In this document: positions 18,676 through 27,909 of the stretch, in pieces | Numbering within the stretch: position 1 is the stretch's first letter | Layout: each line of letters opens with the position of its first letter | NCBI GenBank assembly: GCA_964429805.1 | Contig: CAYSDH010000007.1 | Span: 7,923-71,922 of the forward strand | From: an uncultured Flavobacteriales bacterium | GTDB lineage: Bacteria > Bacteroidota > Bacteroidia > Flavobacteriales_D > JABDKJ01 | Length of the DNA stretch: 64,000 bases | Direction: 5' to 3' | Notes under the pieces: model-generated | What the model saw: the letters and a program-made list of their open reading frames with translations, nothing else | Databases searched by the model: none | What the model was told of the DNA's origin: nothing | Made by a program: the position numbers and the translations under genes

Positions 18676-19494
18676 ATGGAGTACGATCCGATAAAACGAA
18701 GTCTTGGAAATGTGTTTAATAAGACCCCTGGTCTTCGCATCCTCTTCTACAAATTACTAGACCTTCTTTTGTTGCGTGCATGGCATGTACACAAAGAGCT
18801 GAAGGCTTTTGCAGGCTGGGGCAAGAAAGACCTCAATGTGCTTGATGCTGGAGCAGGATTTGGGCAGTACACGCACTACATGGTGGCTAAGAATCCTTCT
18901 TGGACGATAACAAGTATTGATGTAAAGGAAGAGCAGGTGGCCGACTGCAATCAGTTTTTTGAAAAAATCGGGAAGAAAGACCGTGTAAATTTTGAAGTGG
19001 GTGACTTGCAGACTTATGTAAAACCTGAAGCCTATGACTTAGTAGTCTGTGTAGATGTGATGGAGCATGTACTTGAAGATGTGCAAGTCTTTAAGAACTA
19101 TCATGCCAGCATGAAGAAGGATGCCATGCTGCTGATTAGCACCCCGTCTGACCAAGGTGGAAGTGGGCTAGAAGAGCACCATGACGGTGAAGTTTCAGGA
19201 TTTATAGATGAGCACGTGCGTGATGGGTATCCTATCAAAGAAATTGAAGAGAAGCTTAACTCTGCCGGGTTTAATAAGGTAGAAGCGCGTTATCAATATG
19301 GTACTCCGGGGAGTATCGCATGGAAGATGTCCATGTACTTTCCGATGCGTATGCTCAACATCACCAAGCTCTTTTTTATCCTCCTGCCGTTTTACTACCT
19401 CATCTTTTACCCCATCGCATTTGTGCTCAATTGGCTGGATGTAAAAGGTAATCATGACACAGGTACAGGGTTGATAGTGAAGGCTTGGAAGTAG
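18676..19494 (+). CDS. Class I SAM-dependent methyltransferase with C-terminal membrane segments
   Basis: SAM motif VLDAGAGFGQY and CVDVMEHV. Hydrophobic C-terminus (LFFILLPFYYLIFYPIAFVL). Confidence 0.75.
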   Translation: MEYDPIKRSLGNVFNKTPGLRILFYKLLDLLLLRAWHVHKELKAFAGWGKKDLNVLDAGAGFGQYTHYMVAKNPSWTITSIDVKEEQVADCNQFFEKIGKKDRVNFEVGDLQTYVKPEAYDLVVCVDVMEHVLEDVQVFKNYHASMKKDAMLLISTPSDQGGSGLEEHHDGEVSGFIDEHVRDGYPIKEIEEKLNSAGFNKVEARYQYGTPGSIAWKMSMYFPMRMLNITKLFFILLPFYYLIFYPIAFVLNWLDVKGNHDTGTGLIVKAWK

Positions 19495-19549
19495 GCACTG
19501 TGTAGCTTCGTCTCCTTTTCACTAACTTCATGGTCATACCGAATGACCA

Positions 19550-20657
19550 ATGAGAAACCTGATTGCCTTATTACTTCTTGTCTTTGGGTCTCAGACTTTG
19601 ACTGCCCAGGACTGTTCTGTTGGAGATTGGAGTATGACATCAGGCTATTCTTTACCCCCTGATAGCGTAACTGGTTTGTGTCCTTATCAAGTACTTGGTT
19701 TTCACACTCAGAGTTTTTGGTCTGGCGATGAATTGTCATATGCCAACGGCAGTATTTATCCTGGTAACTATCTGATTATTTTCACCTCCCTTGCGGACAG
19801 CTCAGAGAGTTATGTGGTTGATTATTCTGACTATATCTCAGATACGTGGGCCGGCTCTTGGGACTCGTGGAACATGGGTGCAATGCTGTCTGACTTACTA
19901 GGATTTCCGAACCCTAACGATGAGTATGCTTCTGCAGGAGTCTATTCTGTAGAGTTTGGTTTTGATCACCCGGATAACGGGTCGCTTTGTCTTAGCGATG
20001 AAGTGCTGTATATCAAAATAGATGATGTTGATAGTGAAGGTTGTTACAACTGTAGCGCTGGGTTTCTTGACATAACTGATCAAACCGAATGTCCAAACGG
20101 CTACATTACTCTTTTTTGGAATAAACTCCTTCGTCACAGACACTCTTGAATCTCAGTTTCTAATTACCGCTCCAGATGGATCAGGGCCTTACGAGATTCA
20201 AGCGTTAATTGGCTCTAATTATGGCTTATCAATTTACTCTGCGTTCAACACCCTAGAATCCTTGTTTGTAGAAAACGGATACATCTTTCCCGGGCCGGGA
20301 GAATACTTAGTCCAAGGCGCTTCTGTGAACACGAATAGCAACTCTATATGTTCTATAACGGATGAAATAGCTGTAATCACTTCTCTTAGCCCGAGCGATC
20401 CAGCCTGTGTAACGTCAGTGTTAGAGCATTCAACTGTTGATTTTTCAATTCACCCAAACCCAGCATCATCCGTTGTCAATCTCGAATTTGAAGACCGCGG
20501 AGAGCCATTCAATATCCGATGCACCAACGCTTTTGGCAAGATTGTTTTGGAGGGAGTTCAAAAACAAATCGACATTCGCAATCTTGCTCCGGGTCTATAT
20601 ATTATTCAGCTTGAAGTTGGAGATGCAATTGGTCACAAACGACTTATCATACAGTGA
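19550..20657 (+). pseudogene. T9SS type-A cargo protein interrupted by one frameshift (two ORFs: 19550..20149 and 20262..20657)
   Basis: ORF1 has the signal MRNLIALLLLVFGSQTLTAQ. ORF2 ends in a Por_Secre_tail-like CTD (IHPNPASSVVNLEF...LAPGLYIIQLEVGD). ORF2's frame is open back to 20076, so it overlaps ORF1's frame over 20076..20149, which contains a T6 run (20112..20117). Confidence 0.65.
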
Positions 20658-20805
20658 TTTATTGGCCTCTTTGGTAATCAACCAAGGAGAAGGGATACTC
20701 TTAAATCATCCTTATCTCCAACTCCGCAAGTAGGATTACCTTCGCCCAATCGGTTTCCCATTTTACATAGCCCGTAGATACCTTTTTGCGAAGAAGTCTA
20801 GGAAT

Positions 20806-21963
20806 GTGATTAACATCATCACACTCATCTCGGTCATCGTCATTGCCTTTGTGACCATGGCCATGATTACTATTCTCTCTGTGTTTAATGGTATTGACGA
20901 GTTGGTCGATGACCTATACAGCTCCTTTGATGCAGACATCATCATCTCGCCTGCGCGAGGCAAGGTGATGGCCAATGACAGTATTTCCATCAAAGACATC
21001 GAAGGGCTAGCTACGGTCAAAAGTGTCAATGAAATAGTAGAAGAAAACGTACTCCTCACCTTTGGCGATCAGCAGCGCATCGCCACACTAAAGGGTGTGC
21101 CAACAGGCTATATGGCCCAAAAAAACATGCGCAAAAACATCATTGAGGGAAGTGATGTGCTGGCTGATGAAGAAAGTGAATGGGCTGTGCTGGGTTATGG
21201 TATCAAGCAAGATCTTGACGCTGAATTATTTTCGCAAGGCATGCGACCACTTGTGGTCTATGCGCCTCAACGAGGCAAGAAAATATCGCGTCATAAAGAG
21301 CGGGCATTTCGCTCAGAACCAATTATGGTGGGCGGCACATTTAGCATCAATGTGGAGTATGACTCCAAGTATGTCTTAAGCTCCTTGCTCTTTGCGCGCG
21401 ACATGCTCGACTACAGAAACGAATACAATTACTTGGAAGTAGAGCTCAAGGACGGTTTGGAGCCCGAGCAAACCAAGCAGGCCATCATGGCACAGTTGGG
21501 AGACAAGTTTAAGGTTGTGACACGTGCCGACAAGAATGCCATGATCTACAAGGCCAATGAAAGCGAGCGACTTGTCACTATTCTCATTTTGAGCTTCATT
21601 ATTGTTATCGCCATATTTAACATACTTGCTTCACTCACCATGCTTATTCTCGACAAGCGAAAAGACATCGGTACTTTACACAGCATGGGCGCCACTGAAG
21701 GTGTCATTAGAAAAATATTTTTCTTGGAGGGGGTCATGATTTCAGCTTCGGGAACAGTCATCGGACTGACGCTTGGTTTTATCTTTAGCTACATTCAGCA
21801 GCATTATGGCATCATTCGCCTGCAGGGCGGCATTGTAGATTACTATCCGGTAGTGATTAACCTCAAAGACTTCTTTTTGGTGGCGGGCATCGTGGTAGGA
21901 ATCGCATTGATGTTCTCTTGGTTTCCGGTAAAACTGCTTACCAAGCGAGTGATGAATGCCTGA
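20806..21963 (+). CDS. Lipoprotein-releasing system (LolC/LolE-like, FtsX-domain) ABC permease
   Basis: MacB/FtsX-type topology. The track starts it at GTG 20806. The in-frame upstream codons 20749..20805 encode IGFPFYIARRYLFAKKSRN, the conserved LolE N-terminus, with no ATG/GTG/TTG available (see findings). Confidence 0.8.
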   Translation: MINIITLISVIVIAFVTMAMITILSVFNGIDELVDDLYSSFDADIIISPARGKVMANDSISIKDIEGLATVKSVNEIVEENVLLTFGDQQRIATLKGVPTGYMAQKNMRKNIIEGSDVLADEESEWAVLGYGIKQDLDAELFSQGMRPLVVYAPQRGKKISRHKERAFRSEPIMVGGTFSINVEYDSKYVLSSLLFARDMLDYRNEYNYLEVELKDGLEPEQTKQAIMAQLGDKFKVVTRADKNAMIYKANESERLVTILILSFIIVIAIFNILASLTMLILDKRKDIGTLHSMGATEGVIRKIFFLEGVMISASGTVIGLTLGFIFSYIQQHYGIIRLQGGIVDYYPVVINLKDFFLVAGIVVGIALMFSWFPVKLLTKRVMNA

Positions 21964-21967
21964 GAAA

Positions 21968-22963
21968 TTAGACTAGAGGTTGAGCATCTTTATAGACCGT
22001 TCTCACCTCTTCTAGCACCTCATAAATCTCGTTAGGATCCATGGTTGTCACCATCTTCATTCTGTAAGGCTTTATGCCATGAAAACCTTTGAAGTAGTTA
22101 GAGTAATGTCTTCTCATCTCGACTATGCCAAGGCTCGGGCCTTTCCACTCCAATGACATTCTCAAGTGCTCTTTGCAGGCCTCTATACGCTCATCAACTG
22201 AGGGAGCAGCGAGGTGCTCACCAGTGCGCATGAAGTGCTTGACTTCATTAAAAAACCAAGGGTAACCTATGCTGGCTCTGCCTATCATGATGCCATCAAC
22301 ACCAAAACGGTTTTTATACTCAATCACTCGCTCTGGGGTGGTCGCATCTCCGTTGCCAAACACTGGAATATTCATTCTCGGATTGTTCTTCACATCTCCA
22401 ATCAAAGTCCAATCTGCATCGCCCTTATACATCTGCTTGCGGGTGCGACCATGTATAGATATGGCTTTGATACCCACATCTTGCAAGCGCTCTGCCACCT
22501 CGACTATGTGCTTAGTCTGATCATCCCAGCCTAGTCTAGTCTTGACGGTGACTGGCAGTGACGTAGACTTCACTATTTCTGCCGTCATGGCCACCATCTT
22601 TGGAATGTCTTGCAAAATTCCAGCACCTGCCCCTTTGCAGGCCACCTTCTTCACTGGGCAACCATAGTTGATGTCAATTATATCAGGATTTGCCCGTGCA
22701 GTTACTTCTGTGGCCTCGCGCATGCTATTTATATCGCTTCCAAAAATCTGTATGCCTATAGGGCGCTCATATTCGAAAATATCGAGCTTTTGCAGACTTT
22801 TTGCTGCATCGCGAATCAACCCTTCGCTAGAAATAAACTCTGTGTACATGACATCAGCACCGTGCTTTTTGCACAATGCTCTAAAGGGAGGGTCGCTCAC
22901 GTCTTCCATGGGCGCTAACAGAAGAGGAAACTCTCCAACTTCGATGTCACCGATTTTTACCAT
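21968..22963 (-). CDS. dusB: tRNA-dihydrouridine synthase
   Basis: LLAPMEDVSDPPFR, INYGCP and IHGRTR motifs. Start placed at ATG 22963 (MVKIGDIEVG). Confidence 0.85.
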   Translation of the reverse strand: MVKIGDIEVGEFPLLLAPMEDVSDPPFRALCKKHGADVMYTEFISSEGLIRDAAKSLQKLDIFEYERPIGIQIFGSDINSMREATEVTARANPDIIDINYGCPVKKVACKGAGAGILQDIPKMVAMTAEIVKSTSLPVTVKTRLGWDDQTKHIVEVAERLQDVGIKAISIHGRTRKQMYKGDADWTLIGDVKNNPRMNIPVFGNGDATTPERVIEYKNRFGVDGIMIGRASIGYPWFFNEVKHFMRTGEHLAAPSVDERIEACKEHLRMSLEWKGPSLGIVEMRRHYSNYFKGFHGIKPYRMKMVTTMDPNEIYEVLEEVRTVYKDAQPLV

Positions 22964-22999
22964 TTTATCAACCTTTCGACTCAGGGCCGACAGCATTTT

Positions 23000-23007
23000 T
23001 AGCTTTG
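23000..23007 (+). promoter_or_regulatory. Candidate -7 promoter element (TAGCTTTG) for polA
   Basis: Exact TAnnTTTG match ending 19 nt upstream of ATG 23027. Part of the 12-bp palindrome CTTTGTACAAAG (23003..23014). Confidence 0.4.
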
Positions 23008-23026
23008 TACAAAGAAACTCCCTTTT

Positions 23027-25819
23027 ATGGCTGATTCCAACAAAAAGCTCTTCCTACTCGATGCCTTTGCATTAATCTACCGAGCCTACTTCGCGTTTAT
23101 CAAAAGACCCATGATAAATTCGAAAGGGGTCAACACCTCTGCCATGATTGGTTTTACCAATACACTATGGGAACTTTTGAGAAATGAAAAGCCTACGCAC
23201 TTGGCTGTAGTATTTGATGTAGCTGGGCCCACTACTCGTGCCGTTGAGTATGATTTTTACAAGGCCAATAGAGACGAAACTCCCGCTGACATCATCAACA
23301 TGATTGAGCCAATAAGGCGGTTAGTTGAAGCATTTAATCTACCCTGCATCGGACTTGAAGGATATGAGGCTGATGACCTCATAGGCACCTTGGCCAAAAT
23401 GGCCGAAAAGGAAGGCTACACTACATACATGGTCACTCCTGACAAGGATTTTGGACAGCTGGTGTCAGACAATATTTTCATGTACAAACCCGCGGTGGGG
23501 AGAAATCCGCATCAAATACTTGGCGTGCCAGAAGTGCTCGCAAAATGGGACATAGAGCGCGTAGACCAAGTCATTGATATGCTCGGACTAATGGGCGATG
23601 CGGTAGATAACATTCCTGGAATACGCGGTGTTGGTGAAAAAACAGCCTGCAAATTTTTGAAGCAATACGGCTCTGTGGAAGGGCTTTTGGAAAATGCTGA
23701 TGAGATAAAGGGGAAGATTGGCGAGAAGGTTAGGGCTGGAAAAGAAGATGCGATTATCTCTAAGCACCTCGCAACAATCATACTTGATGCGCCCATAGAG
23801 TTTGATGAGAAAGCGCTACTCGTTGAAGAGCCTAATGTGGAGGCACTGACTGAAATATTTGACGAATTCGAGTTTCGTACGCTCGGAAAACGAATACTCG
23901 GAGAAGCCTACACTTTTGGCACCACAGAAGCGTCAAGTAGTGGTTCTCAAATGAGTCTGTTTGGTGGTGGAGATTCAGGTGGAGGTGACATGGAAACCAA
24001 GTCACTCAAGAAACTGGATGAAGTAGACCACGCTTATTCTCTGGTCTCAAGCAAAGACGATAGAGCCGCATTGATTGAAAAGTTGATGGCGCAAAAACTG
24101 GCCTGCTTTGACACTGAGACAACGGGGGTTGACCCTAATCTAGCAGAAATGGTAGGCCTCTCATTCTGCTTCAAAAAGGGTGAGGCTTATTATGTTCCAG
24201 TGCCTGCTGAGCACGAAGAAGCACAGAAAGTACTGGAGGAGTTTCGTCCATTTTTTGAAAGCACGAGTATCACCAAAGTGGGGCACAACTTGAAATATGA
24301 CATGCTCATGCTCAAGTGGTATGGCATAGAAGTCAACGGCCCGATAGAAGACTCGATGATTGCCCATTACCTCATTGAGCCGGGCAAACGACACGGCATG
24401 GACTACTTGGCCGAGGCCTTTTTAGCTTATTCTCCAGTGTCTATTGAAACGCTGATTGGTAAAAAGGGGAAGAATCAAAAGAGCATGCGTGACCTTGCCC
24501 CAGAAGAGGTGAGTGACTACGCTTCTGAAGACGCAGACATTACGTTGCAGCTTCACGAGCTGTTTGAAGAAGGGCTGAAGAAACGTGAGGTGGATAAGCT
24601 TTACAAGAATATTGAGGCACCACTCATTCGGGTGCTGGCCGACATAGAGTTTGAAGGTATTAATCTTGATGTGGGCTTTTTAGAAGAGTTCTCTTCAGAG
24701 CTTGAGAAAGAAGTGCTCGTGGCCCGCGACAGCATCTATGAGCAGGCTGGACAAGAGTTTAACCTAAACTCACCAAAGCAACTGGGCGAGGTACTTTTTG
24801 AGCGATTAGAAATCCCTTATGTCGGGAAGAAGACAAAAACCGGACAGTTTTCTACCAACGAGGATGTGCTCAGCAAACTCGCCAAGGAACACCCTATTGC
24901 TGAGGTAATAATGGAGTACCGCGAGCTGAGTAAGCTCAAATCTACCTATGTAGATGCGTTGCCAAAATTGGTAAACCCAAAAACGGGAAGAATCCATACC
25001 TCGTTTCGTCAGGCCATAGTGCCGACAGGTAGACTGAGTTCAGACAATCCCAATATTCAGAATATTCCTATCCGAACAGAGCGCGGCAGAAAAATCAGAA
25101 AGGCCTTTATACCAGCCAATGATGATTATGTGCTCCTAGCATCAGATTACTCTCAAGTAGAGCTACGTATCATTGCCTCACTGGCTGATGATGAGGGCAT
25201 GATTCAGGCCTTTTTAAACAATGAAGACATTCACAGCTCTACCGCATCAAAAGTGTTTGGCGTGCCGCTCGAAGAGGTAGATAGAGAAATGAGAAGACGA
25301 GCCAAGGCCGTTAATTTCGGATTGGCATATGGTCAAGGTGCATTTGGATTGGCCGAAAACTTGGGCATTAAGCGTGGAGAGGCCAAGCAGATTATTGACA
25401 ATTACTTTGAAAAGTACCCGGGCATAAAGAACTACATGAGCACAGCTGTAGAACTAGCCAAGGAAAAGGGTTATTCTGAAACATTGATGGGCAGGAAGCG
25501 AGACTTACCGCTTATCAACTCTGGAAATCACACCGTACGCTCAGGCGCGGAGCGCAATGCAGTCAATACGCCTATACAAGGTTCGGCCGCTGACGTAATC
25601 AAGATGGCTATGATTGACATACAGCAGTGGATGAAGAGCTCAAAACTCAAATCAAAGATGCTACTGCAGGTGCATGATGAACTTGTGTTTGATGTGCATA
25701 AAGATGAGCTGGAGATGCTCAAACCTATTATCGAAGAAAAGATGTCTAATGCGGTGAAGATTAAAGTGCCGCTGGTAGTTGATACTGGTGTAGGTGCCAA
25801 TTGGCTGGAGGCGCATTAA
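23027..25819 (+). CDS. polA: DNA polymerase I
   Basis: 930 aa. 5' nuclease N-domain, 3'-5' exonuclease region (CFDTETTG), polymerase motifs DYSQVELR and QVHDELVF. Confidence 0.95.
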   Translation: MADSNKKLFLLDAFALIYRAYFAFIKRPMINSKGVNTSAMIGFTNTLWELLRNEKPTHLAVVFDVAGPTTRAVEYDFYKANRDETPADIINMIEPIRRLVEAFNLPCIGLEGYEADDLIGTLAKMAEKEGYTTYMVTPDKDFGQLVSDNIFMYKPAVGRNPHQILGVPEVLAKWDIERVDQVIDMLGLMGDAVDNIPGIRGVGEKTACKFLKQYGSVEGLLENADEIKGKIGEKVRAGKEDAIISKHLATIILDAPIEFDEKALLVEEPNVEALTEIFDEFEFRTLGKRILGEAYTFGTTEASSSGSQMSLFGGGDSGGGDMETKSLKKLDEVDHAYSLVSSKDDRAALIEKLMAQKLACFDTETTGVDPNLAEMVGLSFCFKKGEAYYVPVPAEHEEAQKVLEEFRPFFESTSITKVGHNLKYDMLMLKWYGIEVNGPIEDSMIAHYLIEPGKRHGMDYLAEAFLAYSPVSIETLIGKKGKNQKSMRDLAPEEVSDYASEDADITLQLHELFEEGLKKREVDKLYKNIEAPLIRVLADIEFEGINLDVGFLEEFSSELEKEVLVARDSIYEQAGQEFNLNSPKQLGEVLFERLEIPYVGKKTKTGQFSTNEDVLSKLAKEHPIAEVIMEYRELSKLKSTYVDALPKLVNPKTGRIHTSFRQAIVPTGRLSSDNPNIQNIPIRTERGRKIRKAFIPANDDYVLLASDYSQVELRIIASLADDEGMIQAFLNNEDIHSSTASKVFGVPLEEVDREMRRRAKAVNFGLAYGQGAFGLAENLGIKRGEAKQIIDNYFEKYPGIKNYMSTAVELAKEKGYSETLMGRKRDLPLINSGNHTVRSGAERNAVNTPIQGSAADVIKMAMIDIQQWMKSSKLKSKMLLQVHDELVFDVHKDELEMLKPIIEEKMSNAVKIKVPLVVDTGVGANWLEAH

Positions 25820-25852
25820 TCTGCTGACTGACTAAACCATGACCAACTTATT

Positions 25853-26365
25853 ATGACTTTTCAGTTCAACTACGCGCCACCCCAAAAGGCCATGCGTACC
25901 TTTTATTATCTGCTCGCTTTTGCTGGGCTTGGTCTACTTGTGTGCGCCTTTGCAGACATGGAGTTTAATAAAATGGTGATGCTCGCGGTGCTTTGCGTTG
26001 CCTTGCTTGGCATTATGGCTTGGCTCATTGCACTGTTTAAAGAGAAAGAAAACGGTTCAATCTTAATCATAGATAGGCAAGTCATCATACCTCATTCTTG
26101 GAAAAGTGGTGTGATGGATATTGACATTGACTCAATTACTGATGTCACCGCAGGTCATGCTGACCAGCATGGGCATATGAGTTTAAAGATTCATTACGAC
26201 TTAAAGGTTGCGACACTGCCTTATACTTGGTTCGACTCCACGAGCGATCTGTCAGTCTTTGTGCTCTATTTAAATAAAATGATGGAAGGAGACCCGTTCG
26301 ACCAATATGAGAAAGATGCGTATGTGACAGTGCGCGCCAGTGATATAGAGCCGCCAGAGGCTTAG
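25853..26365 (+). CDS. Hypothetical membrane protein (two TM segments plus soluble C-domain)
   Basis: 170-aa ORF with two adjacent hydrophobic helices (YYLLAFAGLGLLVCAF, VMLAVLCVALLGIMAWLIALF). No family recognised. Confidence 0.5.
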   Translation: MTFQFNYAPPQKAMRTFYYLLAFAGLGLLVCAFADMEFNKMVMLAVLCVALLGIMAWLIALFKEKENGSILIIDRQVIIPHSWKSGVMDIDIDSITDVTAGHADQHGHMSLKIHYDLKVATLPYTWFDSTSDLSVFVLYLNKMMEGDPFDQYEKDAYVTVRASDIEPPEA

Positions 26366-26525
26366 TCTACCATCACCTCACCACATGTTTTGAGCTCAGC
26401 GTAGAGTTGTTTGGACTGGCGCCCTTCTAGATTCAAAACACATTTCTGTAACTATTATTCACAGCTTGCGTTTAACGCTGTAGAGACCCTTAGGTTAAGT
26501 GAAGTAAAGATTAAGAGTTATTGAG

Positions 26526-27431
26526 ATGAAAACATTGAGTTTTGAAACCCTAAAGCGTGCAGCCGGTGCCGCATTCGTGATGACGGCATTACTATTCACA
26601 TCTTGTTCGCAAGACAGTGGAGCTAATGCCATGAGACACACCAATACACCTCCAGAAGGTGAAGTGTCAGAAAAAGCGAATAAAGTCAAAGAGATATTTT
26701 ACACCATTCCATCTCCGGTGGAAATGGTATCGCTAATTAAGAAGTCTGGTGCCAGATATGATCACACCATGCTTAATGATGTGAGAAACCTAGACCGCTA
26801 TTCTACTGCTAGAAGAAAGGCAATCAACTTAGGTATCTACGGAGCTGATCTCAGCTACGCGTCAGTATTTAATCAAAATCAAGAGTCAATCATTTACCTC
26901 AGTGCAGCCAAACAGCTTGCTGATGAACTTGGTGTTTCATCTGCATTTGACGATGCGTTGATGGAGCGTGTAGAGATGAATATAGAGAACAGAGATTCTC
27001 TTCTGCACATCATTTCTGAAACGTTCTACGTGCTCGACTCGTATTTAAAAGAGAACAAGCGAAGTAACATCTCTGCACAAATCATCACAGGTGGATGGGT
27101 AGAGGGACTTTACCTTGCAAGTAAGATTATAGAAACGAAAGGAAAAGAAGAGGCCTTGGTTGACAGACTTATAGACCAGAAGTATGCCCTCAATGACCTG
27201 ATCGAACTAAACAAGAGCTACAACAAAGATGGCTCGCTAGACAAACTACTCAGCGACCTAAAGAGTCTGAATGAGATATATGAACGAACAACTGAAATAT
27301 CAATTACTGCTGACACTGGAACGCAGGATAAAGTGATACTCGGTGGTGGAACAAAATTAACACTGAACGATGCTGACGTAGATGAGATAGTCATGTTGGC
27401 CAAGGATATACGCAACAAGTATATCCAGTGA
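26526..27431 (+). CDS. Hypothetical lipoprotein, predicted all-alpha
   Basis: 301-aa ORF with a lipobox-like ALLFTSC after a basic/hydrophobic leader. No family recognised. Confidence 0.5.
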   Translation: MKTLSFETLKRAAGAAFVMTALLFTSCSQDSGANAMRHTNTPPEGEVSEKANKVKEIFYTIPSPVEMVSLIKKSGARYDHTMLNDVRNLDRYSTARRKAINLGIYGADLSYASVFNQNQESIIYLSAAKQLADELGVSSAFDDALMERVEMNIENRDSLLHIISETFYVLDSYLKENKRSNISAQIITGGWVEGLYLASKIIETKGKEEALVDRLIDQKYALNDLIELNKSYNKDGSLDKLLSDLKSLNEIYERTTEISITADTGTQDKVILGGGTKLTLNDADVDEIVMLAKDIRNKYIQ

Positions 27432-27462
27432 TGGAAGGATTTAAATTGAAAAAAGAGGAGCT

Positions 27463-27909
27463 ATGAGAGCGAAGAGTGTGATAGTGATGTTGGCGATACT
27501 GATACCAGTATTGGCTTCTTCACAGTGTAGAAAGTTCACCAAGAACAAGTGTATGCCGACTTTGGAGGATTATATCCCCAATGACAATTTTAATAGTGCC
27601 GTGCTGATTCCAGGAGATGAAGCCGACCTAATGATGACCTTTTATGCAGGCCAAGATTATAGAATCATGGTGTGTGCTGAAGACATCTTAGGTGATGTAA
27701 ACTTCACTTTGAGTGATGAAAAAGGAAACGAGTTTTTTAACTCAGGAAATTCAGATTCAGATTACTTCGACTTTGGTGTGGCGAGCACACAGCAAGTCAA
27801 GGTACATATTACAGTACCCCTGAAGGAAAACGTGAATGAACTGGTACACGAAGGTTGTACTACCGTGCTTGTCGGCTATAAAGAAACCGACACGCCAGAC
27901 AAATTATAA
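27463..27909 (+). CDS. Hypothetical small secreted protein
   Basis: 148-aa ORF with signal MRAKSVIVMLAILIPVLASSQ. The rest looks beta-rich. No family recognised. Confidence 0.5.
   Translation: MRAKSVIVMLAILIPVLASSQCRKFTKNKCMPTLEDYIPNDNFNSAVLIPGDEADLMMTFYAGQDYRIMVCAEDILGDVNFTLSDEKGNEFFNSGNSDSDYFDFGVASTQQVKVHITVPLKENVNELVHEGCTTVLVGYKETDTPDKL

Noticed and set aside
20112-20117. Idea that the T6 (20112) and T7 (32646) tracts are slipped-strand phase-variation switches or programmed frameshift sites
   Set aside because: The tracts are short for contingency loci. Bacteroidota phase variation is typically invertase-driven. No slippery heptamer or stimulatory structure is evident, and the second MBOAT lesion is not in a homopolymer. 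Sequencing error or plain pseudogenisation is more parsimonious.
26386-26440. 8-bp inverted repeat TGTTTTGA ... TCAAAACA separated by 39 nt in the spacer after 25853..26365
   Set aside because: The loop is too long and there is no T-tract, so it is not a convincing intrinsic terminator. A single 8-bp AT-rich match is expected by chance, and I could assess no further conservation.
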